From Halorutilales archaeon Cl-col2-1 (GTDB lineage: Archaea; Halobacteriota; Halobacteria; Halobacteriales; Afararchaeaceae): a stretch of 64,000 nt of DNA. Below are positions 9,973 to 19,042 of this stretch, in pieces (the first letter of the stretch is position 1; each line of letters starts with the position of its first letter). The position numbers and the translations under genes are program-made. The DNA lies in NCBI GenBank assembly GCA_041891055.1, contig CP169074.1, positions 480,001 through 544,000 of the forward strand. Direction: 5' to 3'. Under the pieces are notes generated by a model. It worked only from the letters and a program-made list of their open reading frames with translations. It was not told the DNA's origin and searched no databases.

Positions 9973-11280
9973 ATGGACGCGGTTCTTCTCGGATCGGTAG
10001 GTCTCCGAGTCGTCGGGGTCGTCTACTCTATCTATCTTCTCTACCAGGTCGGTGACCCACGTTTCGGCTACCTGACTCTGATGCTGTCCCTCATGGCTAC
10101 GCGTCAGATTCTCACGTACCTCAATCTCCTGCCACAGTCCCTGACAGAGCTACCGGGTCTCGTGGTCAGTTTTCTCGCACTGGTTCTAGTATACTACCTC
10201 GTCGAGTACACCGACCATGAAGCCGAGATGCAGGAAGCTCTTAGGGAAAGAAACGAGAAGCTCAACGAGTTTCGGAAAGCCATCGAGCACGCGGGGCACT
10301 CGATCTACATAACAGATGACGACGGAAGGATAGAGTACGTCAACGAGGAGTTCGAGGAGACGACAGGATACTCGGAGGAAGAAGTAGTCGGCGGGTCTCC
10401 CGAGATACTCAAGTCAGGGAAGCAGGACGAGAAGTACTACGACAGGCTCTGGAGGACTCTGAGAGAGGGTGAAGTATGGGAGGAGAAGATAATCAACCGC
10501 AGGAAGGACGGTAAGATCTATACGGCGTACCAGACAATAGCACCCGTCGAGAACGACGAGGGCGAGATCACTAAGTTCGTCGCGGTTCAGTCGGATATTA
10601 CAAAGAGGGAGATGCGTGAACAGCGTCTCGAAGTTCTTCACAGGATACTCCGACATAATCTGCGTAACTCTCTCAATCTCATAAAGGGAAACGTCGAGAT
10701 ACTCCTCGACGAGATCGACGACGACTACTGTGAGGAGAAGCTCGTCGAGATATCTGAGAGTGCAGACAGCCTCGTCGAACTCAGTGATAAGACGGAGGAG
10801 ATCAACGAGACTATCGAGTTCGTGAGAAACGCCGAGACAGACACGAGACGTGTCTCCGAAATAGTAGACGAGGCGGTCGAGAATCTGTGCGAGAGATATC
10901 CCGAAGCCAACGTGTCGGTCGAGTACTCTGACGACGTCGCGGAGAGACGTCTCCCCGTGGTTCTGGGATCGGCTGTCGAGGAGGTCGTCGAGAACGGCGT
11001 GCTACACAACGACTCCGGGAGACCGTGTGTCTCAGTCGAAGTCTCGGAAGAGGACGGCGGAGACAGAGTCAGGATAGACATCGACGACAACGCCGGCGGA
11101 ATTCCCGAGTACGAGAGGGAGGTTCTCAGAACCGGCGAGGAGACCCCTCTGATACACGGAAGCGGCCTCGGTCTCTGGTTCGTCTACTGGATACTCAGAA
11201 TGGTGGGTGGAAGCATAGAGATAGAAGACACTGAGGCGGGAAGTAGGGTGAGTCTTCTGGTTCCGACACCGTCGGAGTGA
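9973..11280 (+). CDS. Membrane PAS-domain sensor histidine kinase
   Basis: 3 TM helices, PAS (YVNEEFEETTGYS), RHNLRN H-box, HGSGLGL G-box. Confidence 0.92.
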   Translation: MDAVLLGSVGLRVVGVVYSIYLLYQVGDPRFGYLTLMLSLMATRQILTYLNLLPQSLTELPGLVVSFLALVLVYYLVEYTDHEAEMQEALRERNEKLNEFRKAIEHAGHSIYITDDDGRIEYVNEEFEETTGYSEEEVVGGSPEILKSGKQDEKYYDRLWRTLREGEVWEEKIINRRKDGKIYTAYQTIAPVENDEGEITKFVAVQSDITKREMREQRLEVLHRILRHNLRNSLNLIKGNVEILLDEIDDDYCEEKLVEISESADSLVELSDKTEEINETIEFVRNAETDTRRVSEIVDEAVENLCERYPEANVSVEYSDDVAERRLPVVLGSAVEEVVENGVLHNDSGRPCVSVEVSEEDGGDRVRIDIDDNAGGIPEYEREVLRTGEETPLIHGSGLGLWFVYWILRMVGGSIEIEDTEAGSRVSLLVPTPSE

Positions 11281-11286
11281 GAAGGA

Positions 11287-11799
11287 TCAGAACTCGACAT
11301 CTGAGACGTCGAACCCGTCTTCGGCGGGCGACACCTCGTCAATCTCTATGTCTTCGAGATGAAGTGCGGCGTTACAAGGCTCAGTGAGCCAGGGCTTCAT
11401 GCTGACGTAACGTTCTAGGTCGAAGTCCCTGTCCCAGTCCTGTTCGGCTATCGGCACGTTGGGTTTTCCGACGAGGGTTCCCGTCACGAGAGCCTGTATC
11501 CCCGAGTCGTTGAGATGGCTCTCGTCTATCTCCTCGACACGGCAGTCAGAACACCGCGACTCTATGTAAGTCGTGCCGTATTCGTCTATGTTGACAAGTA
11601 TCTGAAGCTCATCGTACTCGTCAACGTCACCGATTCCGTCTTCGTGTATGTTACACGTAGCCGTCGATGGCTCCCTGTCGAAGCCGACGTACTCTCCGTC
11701 TACGACAGTCTCGACTATCTCCTCGGCGTCGTCTCTGCGTGTCGGGTTCCAGTCAGTCTTCGGCTGAGACTGTGACTCTGACTGTGACTCGGTATCCAT
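11287..11799 (-). CDS. Hypothetical acidic protein with CxxH/CxxC motifs
   Basis: Host-like ORF downstream of dim2; TCNIH and RCSDC. Confidence 0.7.
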   Translation of the reverse strand: MDTESQSESQSQPKTDWNPTRRDDAEEIVETVVDGEYVGFDREPSTATCNIHEDGIGDVDEYDELQILVNIDEYGTTYIESRCSDCRVEEIDESHLNDSGIQALVTGTLVGKPNVPIAEQDWDRDFDLERYVSMKPWLTEPCNAALHLEDIEIDEVSPAEDGFDVSDVEF

Positions 11800-11804
11800 T
11801 CACC

Positions 11805-12350
11805 TCACCTCTCGTAGTACTCTATGGCGTTTCTCTTTAGCTCGCGGCGTTTCTCCTCTAAGAACGAGTAGACAGTGCCGTGGGGTGCTCCGTCGAGTAT
11901 CATCTCCGCCGCAGTCATCGCCACGTCGACCTGTTCATGCGTACCTATAACTCCGAAGGTGTTCCCGTAGATACGTACCTCGGCACCCGTGAGATCCTCC
12001 ATTAGCTCACGTGTCTTCCCGTTCCTGCCTATGAGACGCCCCTTCTGTGACCTGCGTTCGGAGTCGCTTCCGGTGGCTTTCTTGAGGTCGATGGTCTCGA
12101 AGACCATCATCTCGTTTTCGAGTAGCTTGAGTGCCGACTCAGGCGGAAATCCTCTCCCGATAGCCTTGACTATGTCGGAGCCCTTGAGTCCCTTTATGGG
12201 GTCACCCGTCTTGTCTATTCTGACGCTCCCGCTGTCGGAGTCGACTGTGAGAGAGACCTCGGCGGCTTCCTCTATCTCTCTCTTGGTCTCACCTCCCTCT
12301 CCTATTATAACACCTATCCTGTCCTGTGGTATCTTTATGTGTTGTGACAT
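11805..12350 (-). CDS. KH-domain RNA-processing protein (Dim2/Pno1)
   Basis: RIGVIIGEGGETK, AIGRGF, GRLIGRNGKTR, GAPHGTVY. Confidence 0.93.
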   Translation of the reverse strand: MSQHIKIPQDRIGVIIGEGGETKREIEEAAEVSLTVDSDSGSVRIDKTGDPIKGLKGSDIVKAIGRGFPPESALKLLENEMMVFETIDLKKATGSDSERRSQKGRLIGRNGKTRELMEDLTGAEVRIYGNTFGVIGTHEQVDVAMTAAEMILDGAPHGTVYSFLEEKRRELKRNAIEYYER

Positions 12351-12410
12351 AATATCGTAGAACTGAGTTGTCTCGGAGTAGGTGTCCTACCGACTTAACC
12401 CTTTTGAGGC

Positions 12411-13226
12411 TCAAGTCTCGGTTACGTCTTCGAGTATCGCGTCGGCGTCGACTTCGACGCCCCTCGACGAGAAGAACCGCGCGACGTTACGGCAGTCGCG
12501 TTCCAAGAAGTCGCGCGAGTTGGGATGGTGGATCGTAACCGCCTGTCCGACGTCTATAATCACTATATCGCCCTCGTGTACGAGTATGTTGTACTCGCTC
12601 AGGTCGCCGTGTACGAGACCTGCGGAGTAGAGACGCCTCATGTACTCGACGACGACATCGAGGGCGGTCTCGGGGTTCTCAAGTCTGACCTCCTTTAGCG
12701 TCGGAGCCCTTTCTTCGTTCCTGCCTATGAACTCCATTACGAGGACGTTTCTCTGTACAGCGATAGGGCTCGGGACTCTCACGCCCGCCTCCCTGGCTCT
12801 CTTGAGGTTCGAGAACTCCTTCTTCGTCCACGCTATCACGGTGTCTTTCTTGTCATTCTTGACGCCCTCGAACCTCGGATCGCCCTCGAAGTAGTCCCTC
12901 ATGTCGCGGAAGTTCGAGGTCGCGACCCTGTATATCTTGAGTGCGACGCTCCCCTCTTCACCGTCTGCCTCGAAGACGTTCGCCTCCTTCCCCGTCGAGA
13001 CCGGGGCTCCGACTGCGTCTACGTAGCCGTCCTCGACGAGCTTATAGACCGCCTTGAGAGTCGGGACGTCGAAGACCTCTGCCTCCGTGTCGTAGTCCTC
13101 CGAGTCCTCTATCCTCTCCCTGAACCTGTCTATCTCGTCTGCCCACTCGCGCTCCTTTTCGAGAGTAATCTCATCACGTACTGTGATTCTTTCCCATCCG
13201 AAACCGTTCTCTGATACGTCTTCCAC
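12411..13226 (-). CDS. rio1: Serine/threonine kinase Rio1
   Basis: STGKEANVF, LVHGDLSEYN, IDVGQAV. Confidence 0.95.
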   Translation of the reverse strand: MEDVSENGFGWERITVRDEITLEKEREWADEIDRFRERIEDSEDYDTEAEVFDVPTLKAVYKLVEDGYVDAVGAPVSTGKEANVFEADGEEGSVALKIYRVATSNFRDMRDYFEGDPRFEGVKNDKKDTVIAWTKKEFSNLKRAREAGVRVPSPIAVQRNVLVMEFIGRNEERAPTLKEVRLENPETALDVVVEYMRRLYSAGLVHGDLSEYNILVHEGDIVIIDVGQAVTIHHPNSRDFLERDCRNVARFFSSRGVEVDADAILEDVTET

Positions 13227-13446
13227 GGGGAGTGTACGGAAGTCAAGGACAAAGGCGTACTGATACGCGTACTGGTACCAACTATCTACGTAGTACTATC
13301 CTATTAATATTCAACCATTTATACTCTGACTCCACTGTTTCAGACGTAAATGCCCCTCGTGGGGGTGGGGGTATTACGGAAACTACTGTAAGTTCCGAAA
13401 CAGTCTTTCCCCAAACATCTGCAGCCGCATTCTCCTTCTTTTCGGA

Positions 13447-14148
13447 TCAGAATACGAACGTTCTCAGACCGTACCTTTCGGCTGTCTCGGGTGAGATAGA
13501 GTCGCCCGTGTAGTCGACGACACCGTCCTCCAGAACTGCGATACTGTCTCCGACTTCGAGACCGAATCCGGTGTCATGTGTCGATATCACGAGAGTTATT
13601 CCCTTCTTCGAGAGCTTCTCGACTATCTCGACTATGGCGTCACAGCCCTCTCCGTCGAGTCCCGCTGTGGGCTCGTCGAGTAACACGTAGTCGGGCTCCA
13701 TGACTAAGACGCCCGCGAGAGCGACACGTTTCTTCTCGCCACCGCTGAGTGTGTTACAGAGGCGGTCGCCGTATCCCGAAATTCCCATGGTTTCGAGAGC
13801 TTCTTCTACGCGTCCGTCGTCCTCGATACCGGCGTTCTTCAAGCCGAACCTCACGTCCTGGGAGACGGTCGGAGCTATTATCTGGTCGTTGGGGTCTTGG
13901 AAGACATAGCCGACCCTCTGACGCAGATCTTCGAGGCTGTCGTCGTCGTATCTGACTTTTTCGCCACCGACATAGACTTCTCCCGAGTCGGGCTCCAGGA
14001 GACCGTTGAAATGACGGAGTAAGGTCGACTTCCCCGCACCGTTTTTCCCCATGAGAACGGTCACCTCTCCCGACTCTGCCTTGAAGTCGGTGCCGTTGAG
14101 TACTGTGTCGTCGCCGTATCCGAAGACTAGATCACGCGTCTCTATCAT
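13447..14148 (-). CDS. cbiO: Cobalt ECF transporter ATPase
   Basis: [31 protein letters not shown]. Confidence 0.9.
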   Translation of the reverse strand: MIETRDLVFGYGDDTVLNGTDFKAESGEVTVLMGKNGAGKSTLLRHFNGLLEPDSGEVYVGGEKVRYDDDSLEDLRQRVGYVFQDPNDQIIAPTVSQDVRFGLKNAGIEDDGRVEEALETMGISGYGDRLCNTLSGGEKKRVALAGVLVMEPDYVLLDEPTAGLDGEGCDAIVEIVEKLSKKGITLVISTHDTGFGLEVGDSIAVLEDGVVDYTGDSISPETAERYGLRTFVF

Positions 14149-14888
14149 CAGACCACCAGTGTCGACGAGAGCAAGAGGAGTATCATAGCCGCGTATACGT
14201 GTCCCGAGCTCTGTCTGCGTGGACTCGGCATCTCGCCCGAGTACGATCTCGATCTCATCGACTCTTCCATCCTCTCTGCCCTCGTTAGTGATTTCAGAAA
14301 GAGGGAGAAGCCGATTAGCTTTGTCGATCTGAAGAGAGAAAGTCTGTCGGAGTAGCCGAGACGTGACCTAGCCGCAGTCTGGAGCCTCTCCGACTCTTCG
14401 GTGAGTATCTGTATTCCTCGGTAGGTCAGAAGGCAGAACTCGACGAAGAAATCAGGGAGACGTAGTCTCTTGAGTGCCGAGAAGGTCACGGGAACCGTCG
14501 TCGTGAGTATGAAGTAGACGAGAACTGACAGCGATGCCCCTGATCTGACCGCAGTCGTGACCCCTCTTTCGACTCCTCTGTCCGAGAAACGTAAGACGAA
14601 GTCGAAGATGAGAGGAACCGAGAAAGCCGTCTCCCCCGAGGTAAAGACGAGTATCACGCCTATACTCGGCACCGCGAAGTAGATGGGGAGACGGACGAAG
14701 TCGAGGTAGTCACGTCCAACTGCGTGGAGGCCCAGTGTTACGAAGACCCCAGCTGTGGCTAACTTTGTCAGACGGCTCGGAGCAGCGACGGCTAAGACGA
14801 GACCCGCGAGCGAGAAGTAGACGTTTAGCTCTCCGTCTACAAGAGGGGTAGAGGACGACTGTGTCTTCTCCAGGCTCGCGTGGTGCAT
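14148..14888 (-). CDS. cbiQ: Cobalt ECF transporter T component
   Basis: TM protein with AARSRLGY and MRSRSY; position in cbiMNQO. Confidence 0.9.
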   Translation of the reverse strand: MHHASLEKTQSSSTPLVDGELNVYFSLAGLVLAVAAPSRLTKLATAGVFVTLGLHAVGRDYLDFVRLPIYFAVPSIGVILVFTSGETAFSVPLIFDFVLRFSDRGVERGVTTAVRSGASLSVLVYFILTTTVPVTFSALKRLRLPDFFVEFCLLTYRGIQILTEESERLQTAARSRLGYSDRLSLFRSTKLIGFSLFLKSLTRAERMEESMRSRSYSGEMPSPRRQSSGHVYAAMILLLLSSTLVV

Positions 14889-14907
14889 CTATGTAATAAC
14901 TGTTTGT

Positions 14908-15231
14908 CTACGTCTGAGTCTGTGACGCGTCTGTCGAAGTCGTCTCTGTCTCTGTCTCTTCGGGCTCCGAGCCTCTGAATCTGCCGAGGTAGTAGCCTAT
15001 CGCGAGCCCTCCTACCGCCGCCTGTAACGAGAAGAGGAGACTCTCTATCTCGCCGCTCGGCGGTGTCCAGACGGGGTTGAACCACGGCTCATAGCCCGGG
15101 CTGATCTGGTTTATGCCCTCCTGTGCCTGACCGTCGGCTCCTCCCCAGGCTGCCGAAGACATCACGAAGCTTCCGACTACGAGGACTGCGAGGAGTCCGA
15201 TCCCTATGGCGGCGTATCCTCTCCCCTTCAT
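14908..15231 (-). CDS. cbiN: Cobalt transport protein CbiN
   Basis: WGGADG, YEPWFNPVWTPPSGEIESLLFSLQAAVG. Confidence 0.95.
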   Translation of the reverse strand: MKGRGYAAIGIGLLAVLVVGSFVMSSAAWGGADGQAQEGINQISPGYEPWFNPVWTPPSGEIESLLFSLQAAVGGLAIGYYLGRFRGSEPEETETETTSTDASQTQT

Positions 15232-15887
15232 GCCGGGACCCCCATGCGTTTTCTGACTGAGTCCTTAGCCTTGACGAGGTATCCCACGACAGCCGCCGCG
15301 AGTGCCCCCTCGACTATGCCTATCGGAATCTGAGTCACCGCGAATATTCCCATGAACCGAGCCGCCGAAGACATTATTCCGTCGATACCCGCCTCCGACG
15401 GGAACGCGACTGCTAACTGTAACGACGTAAAGACGTAGGTCGTCCAGTCGGTGACCACCGCAGCGACAAAGGTCGACTTACGTATGTCGGTTCGGGGTCT
15501 GACGAGCTTATAGGCTCCGTAGCCGACGAAGGGTCCTATGACACCCATCGAGGCGACGTTCGCTCCGAGTGTCGTGATTCCGCCATGAGCCAGAAGTAAC
15601 GACTGGTATAGTAAGACGACAGCCGAGAGGAAGGAAGTCACCACGGGACCGAAGAGGACGACTGCGAGACCGGTTCCCGTGGGATGTGACGTACTGCCGG
15701 TTACCGACGGCATCTTGAGAGCCGAGAGGACGAATATGAAACCCGCCGAGACGGCTAAGAGAGCCTTCGACCTCGAACTGTCCATCGACTTTGCTGTCTT
15801 GTACGCTCCGTATCCGACGAAGGGAGCCGCGACTACGTACCATGCCGCAGCCCACTCTACGGGTAGAAACCCTTCCATTATGTGCAT
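15228..15887 (-). CDS. cbiM: Cobalt ECF transporter S component
   Basis: MHIMEGFLP N-terminus, SHPTG, AHGGITTLGAN. Confidence 0.96.
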   Translation of the reverse strand: MHIMEGFLPVEWAAAWYVVAAPFVGYGAYKTAKSMDSSRSKALLAVSAGFIFVLSALKMPSVTGSTSHPTGTGLAVVLFGPVVTSFLSAVVLLYQSLLLAHGGITTLGANVASMGVIGPFVGYGAYKLVRPRTDIRKSTFVAAVVTDWTTYVFTSLQLAVAFPSEAGIDGIMSSAARFMGIFAVTQIPIGIVEGALAAAVVGYLVKAKDSVRKRMGVPA

Positions 15888-16029
15888 GTCCGTGTCACCA
15901 CACCCCCTTCTACCAGAGAAGGGATTAAAACAATTTTGGTTGAACTAATACAAATGAAGTTTAATTCAGGGAGCGTGAGACGAGGCTCGTCGAGGTCAAA
16001 ATAAAAAAGAGTCTGTCGTCTGTCCCGTC

Positions 16030-16707
16030 TTACTCTTCTTCTAGGTCGGTAAGGCAGAACCACCAGTCCTTACAGTCGTAGCCCTCTGCCTCGGCTTCTG
16101 CGAGTCTGTCCTCGGCGTCCTGGTCGCTGCCGGGCGGCGGAACAAGAACCTGGTCGCCGAAGTTCTGGTTCTCGGGCCAGTCGGCGGGTGTGGCGACTCC
16201 TTCATCGTCGCTCGTCTGGAGTGCTTCGAGCGATCGGAGTATCTCGTCTATGTTACGTCCGATCTCGAAGGGGTAGTAGAGAGTGAGACGTAGGACACCG
16301 TCGGGGTCGACTATGAAGACCGCACGTACTGTCGACGATCCCATTCCAGGATGGAGCATTCCGAGCTCCTGTGCGACTCCACCCATCTCGTCGGCTATTA
16401 TGGGGAAGCCTATGTCTACGCCTATCTCCTCCTCTATCCAGTCGGTCCATTTGATGTGGGAGTGGACGCGGTCGACCGAGAGACCTATGAGGTTCGCGCC
16501 TAACTCCTCGAACTCGTCACGTCTCTGTTCGAACGCGATGAACTCGGTCGTACAGACGGGCGTGAAGTCACCGGGGTGGCTGAAGAGCACGAACCACTCG
16601 CCCTCGTACTCGTCGGGGAGCTTCATCTCTCCGTGTGTTGTGGATACTTCGACTTCGGGGAACCTGTCACCAAGCAGCGGCATCGTGGGTTTTTCTTCTG
16701 ACATCAT
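16030..16707 (-). CDS. Peroxiredoxin (Prx6-type, archaeal)
   Basis: FSHPGDFTPVCTTE, GRNIDEILR, CKDWWFC. Confidence 0.95.
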   Translation of the reverse strand: MMSEEKPTMPLLGDRFPEVEVSTTHGEMKLPDEYEGEWFVLFSHPGDFTPVCTTEFIAFEQRRDEFEELGANLIGLSVDRVHSHIKWTDWIEEEIGVDIGFPIIADEMGGVAQELGMLHPGMGSSTVRAVFIVDPDGVLRLTLYYPFEIGRNIDEILRSLEALQTSDDEGVATPADWPENQNFGDQVLVPPPGSDQDAEDRLAEAEAEGYDCKDWWFCLTDLEEE

Positions 16708-16859
16708 ACTACTACACGTGTGGAGAGGACTTAAAGCTTACTCAACGCAAGAAATATTCGCAATTCCACATTCGTAATTATCCTATAGGAAAAGATATTT
16801 TATATTAGGCAAACTACATTCTCCGGTGGACTTTTCGTCGACGAAACCAAGACATATTC

Positions 16860-17399
16860 ATGGAATCCGACTGGGAAGAACGCATAAGAGCGATGAGGGA
16901 CGAGAAAGACGACTTCTTCGGGAGTTCGCGCAGGTCACCTATACCTGCCGACGAACGCGACGACTTCGACGGTCTCAACTACTTCGAACCCGACCCCGAC
17001 TACCGTTATGAGCTGAAGCTCGACGAGTTCGACGACAAGAGCGTGGTCGAGATAGGCACGACGGAGGAGGGTGAGAGGAAGTACCTCGACTGGGGAGTCT
17101 TCAGTTTTACTGTCGACGGAGAGGACTGTGAGCTACACGCTTACAAGAGCGACCCCGACGAGAGCCGTCTCTGGGTTCCCTTCAGGGACGAGACCAACGG
17201 AGACGAGACCTACGGCGCGGGGAGATACCTCGACCTCGACGAGGATAGCCACAGGCTCGACGATGACAGATGGATACTCGACTTCAACCAAGCCTACAAC
17301 CCTTTCTGTGTCTACTCCGACGACTACGAGTGTGCTCTCATACCCACGACCAACTGGCTAGACGTAAGTATAGAGGCGGGAGAAAAGAGCTACAAGTAA
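16860..17399 (+). CDS. DUF1684 family protein
   Basis: PFRDETNGDETYGAGRYLD, LDFNQAYNPFCVY. Confidence 0.92.
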   Translation: MESDWEERIRAMRDEKDDFFGSSRRSPIPADERDDFDGLNYFEPDPDYRYELKLDEFDDKSVVEIGTTEEGERKYLDWGVFSFTVDGEDCELHAYKSDPDESRLWVPFRDETNGDETYGAGRYLDLDEDSHRLDDDRWILDFNQAYNPFCVYSDDYECALIPTTNWLDVSIEAGEKSYK

Positions 17400-17406
17400 T
17401 AAAAAG

Positions 17407-17604
17407 CTACCTCTTCCTTACGACCTGTTTCGAGATCTTTCTCTGTGTGCCGCTGGGATGCTCTAAGAGAACGACCGAGTCACCGTCTATCTCACGTACC
17501 TCGCCCTTCCTGTCGGTACCGTCCTTCCAGTGGAAGACGACCCTGTCGTGGGGGTATAGTTTTTCGGGGCTGTGAAGCTCTGACTCGTGTTCTTGGGCTT
17601 TCAT
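17407..17604 (-). CDS. Small hypothetical protein (SH3-like beta barrel possible)
   Basis: 65 aa ORF with TTAATA promoter-like sequence ~30 nt upstream. Confidence 0.55.
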   Translation of the reverse strand: MKAQEHESELHSPEKLYPHDRVVFHWKDGTDRKGEVREIDGDSVVLLEHPSGTQRKISKQVVRKR

Positions 17605-17729
17605 CTGACATCTATCTCTAAGTAGTCTGACATATTAAGCCTTTCCTCGGCTCTGATTCTCCTTCAGTATATACGTTCGGATTCGTCTTCTGTCAGACAG
17701 TATAAGTAGCTAGCCCACGAAGATAAGGT

Positions 17730-18131
17730 ATGTCGAAGTACGAGGATCAGCTTGAGCGTGCTTTATCTGAAGCTTCCGAGACTGAAGAGATAGGTAGGTT
17801 CTCTCTTCCCGAGCCCGACGTGAGACAGGAGGGCAACACGACAGTCTACGAGAACTTCCAGGACTTCGTCCAGACGGTCGACAGAGACGAGAACGACGTC
17901 TTGGAGTTCCTCCAGAGAGACATGGGAACGAGCGCACACCTCGACGAGAAGGGACGCGCACGTCTCGTCGGAGACTTCAACGCCGGACGTATAATGGAAG
18001 CAGTCGAGGAGTTCACCGACAAGTACGTTATCTGCCCCGAGTGTGGCTCTCCTGACACACGTCTCGAAGGCGACGACGAGAACCTCTCGATAAAGTGTGA
18101 GGCGTGTGGCGAGAAGTCGCCCGTAGAGTAG
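17730..18131 (+). CDS. eif2b: Translation initiation factor aIF-2 beta subunit
   Basis: YVICPECGSPDT...CEACG zinc ribbon. Confidence 0.93.
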   Translation: MSKYEDQLERALSEASETEEIGRFSLPEPDVRQEGNTTVYENFQDFVQTVDRDENDVLEFLQRDMGTSAHLDEKGRARLVGDFNAGRIMEAVEEFTDKYVICPECGSPDTRLEGDDENLSIKCEACGEKSPVE

Positions 18132-18176
18132 TACCGCCCCCATAACTAATACTCCTGGAGTCTTTTCTTGTGTTGT

Positions 18177-18458
18177 ATGATAAGAAGGCTCGTCCTGGAC
18201 ATAATGAAGCCGCATGAGCCGCCGATGCACGACGTAGCCGTCAAGGTCGCAGACACCGACGGCGTCTCGGGTGTAAACGCGAAGCTCATAGAGACCGACA
18301 GTAAGGTTCAGAACATAAAGATGACAGTCGAGGGCGAGGACATCGACTACGACGCGGTTAAAGACCGTATAGAACACCTCGGGGGAAGCGTCCACTCGGT
18401 CGACGAGGTGGCGTGTGGTGAGACCATAGTCGAGGAGAGCATCACCCCACAGGACTGA
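18177..18458 (+). CDS. DUF211 family protein
   Basis: IRRLVLDIMKPHEP, GGSVHSVDEV. Confidence 0.92.
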   Translation: MIRRLVLDIMKPHEPPMHDVAVKVADTDGVSGVNAKLIETDSKVQNIKMTVEGEDIDYDAVKDRIEHLGGSVHSVDEVACGETIVEESITPQD

Positions 18459-18461
18459 GAG

Positions 18462-19040
18462 ATGTGGGGAATCGACTTCGTGCGTGAGACGCTCCAGGAC
18501 GAGGAAGCACGTTCGATATCGCGGCGTTACTTCATATCGAACGGCTTCGACGGTGCTCTCACGAGTGTCGGAATCACAGTCGGCTCGTACCTCTCGGGAG
18601 TCCCCGACGGTCTCACGGTAGTCAAGGTCGGAGTGGGTGCCGCAGTCGGTCTGTCGACGTCGGGTGTCTGGAGTGTCTGGGAGATAGAACGTGCCGAGAA
18701 GCTCGCTGAGCTACAGGGCGTAGAGGCAGCTATGCTGAGAAGCCTCGAAGACACCTCGATACACGCCGAGAAGAAACGCGTAAGGATAGTCAACTCGGTT
18801 ATGAGCGGTCTGGGTCCAGTCGTGGGTATACTCCTTCCCGTCTTAGTCTTCGCCTTCGAGGGCGTCTACCTCACGATGCTCGAAGCCACCCTCCTCTCTG
18901 TGGCTGTCGCAGTCTCTGTCCTCTTCGTCTTCGGTGCCTACATGGGATCTATCTCCAAACAGAGATGGTACGTCGCGGGTCTCCGTATGGGCGTAGCAGG
19001 AGTCGTAGTCGCAGGAATCAACGTTCTACTCCCGGGATAA
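18462..19040 (+). CDS. VIT1/CCC1-family membrane protein (TIGR00267-like)
   Basis: RRYFISNGFDG motif, 5 TM; usual partner of DUF211. Confidence 0.85.
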   Translation: MWGIDFVRETLQDEEARSISRRYFISNGFDGALTSVGITVGSYLSGVPDGLTVVKVGVGAAVGLSTSGVWSVWEIERAEKLAELQGVEAAMLRSLEDTSIHAEKKRVRIVNSVMSGLGPVVGILLPVLVFAFEGVYLTMLEATLLSVAVAVSVLFVFGAYMGSISKQRWYVAGLRMGVAGVVVAGINVLLPG

Positions 19041-19042
19041 GA

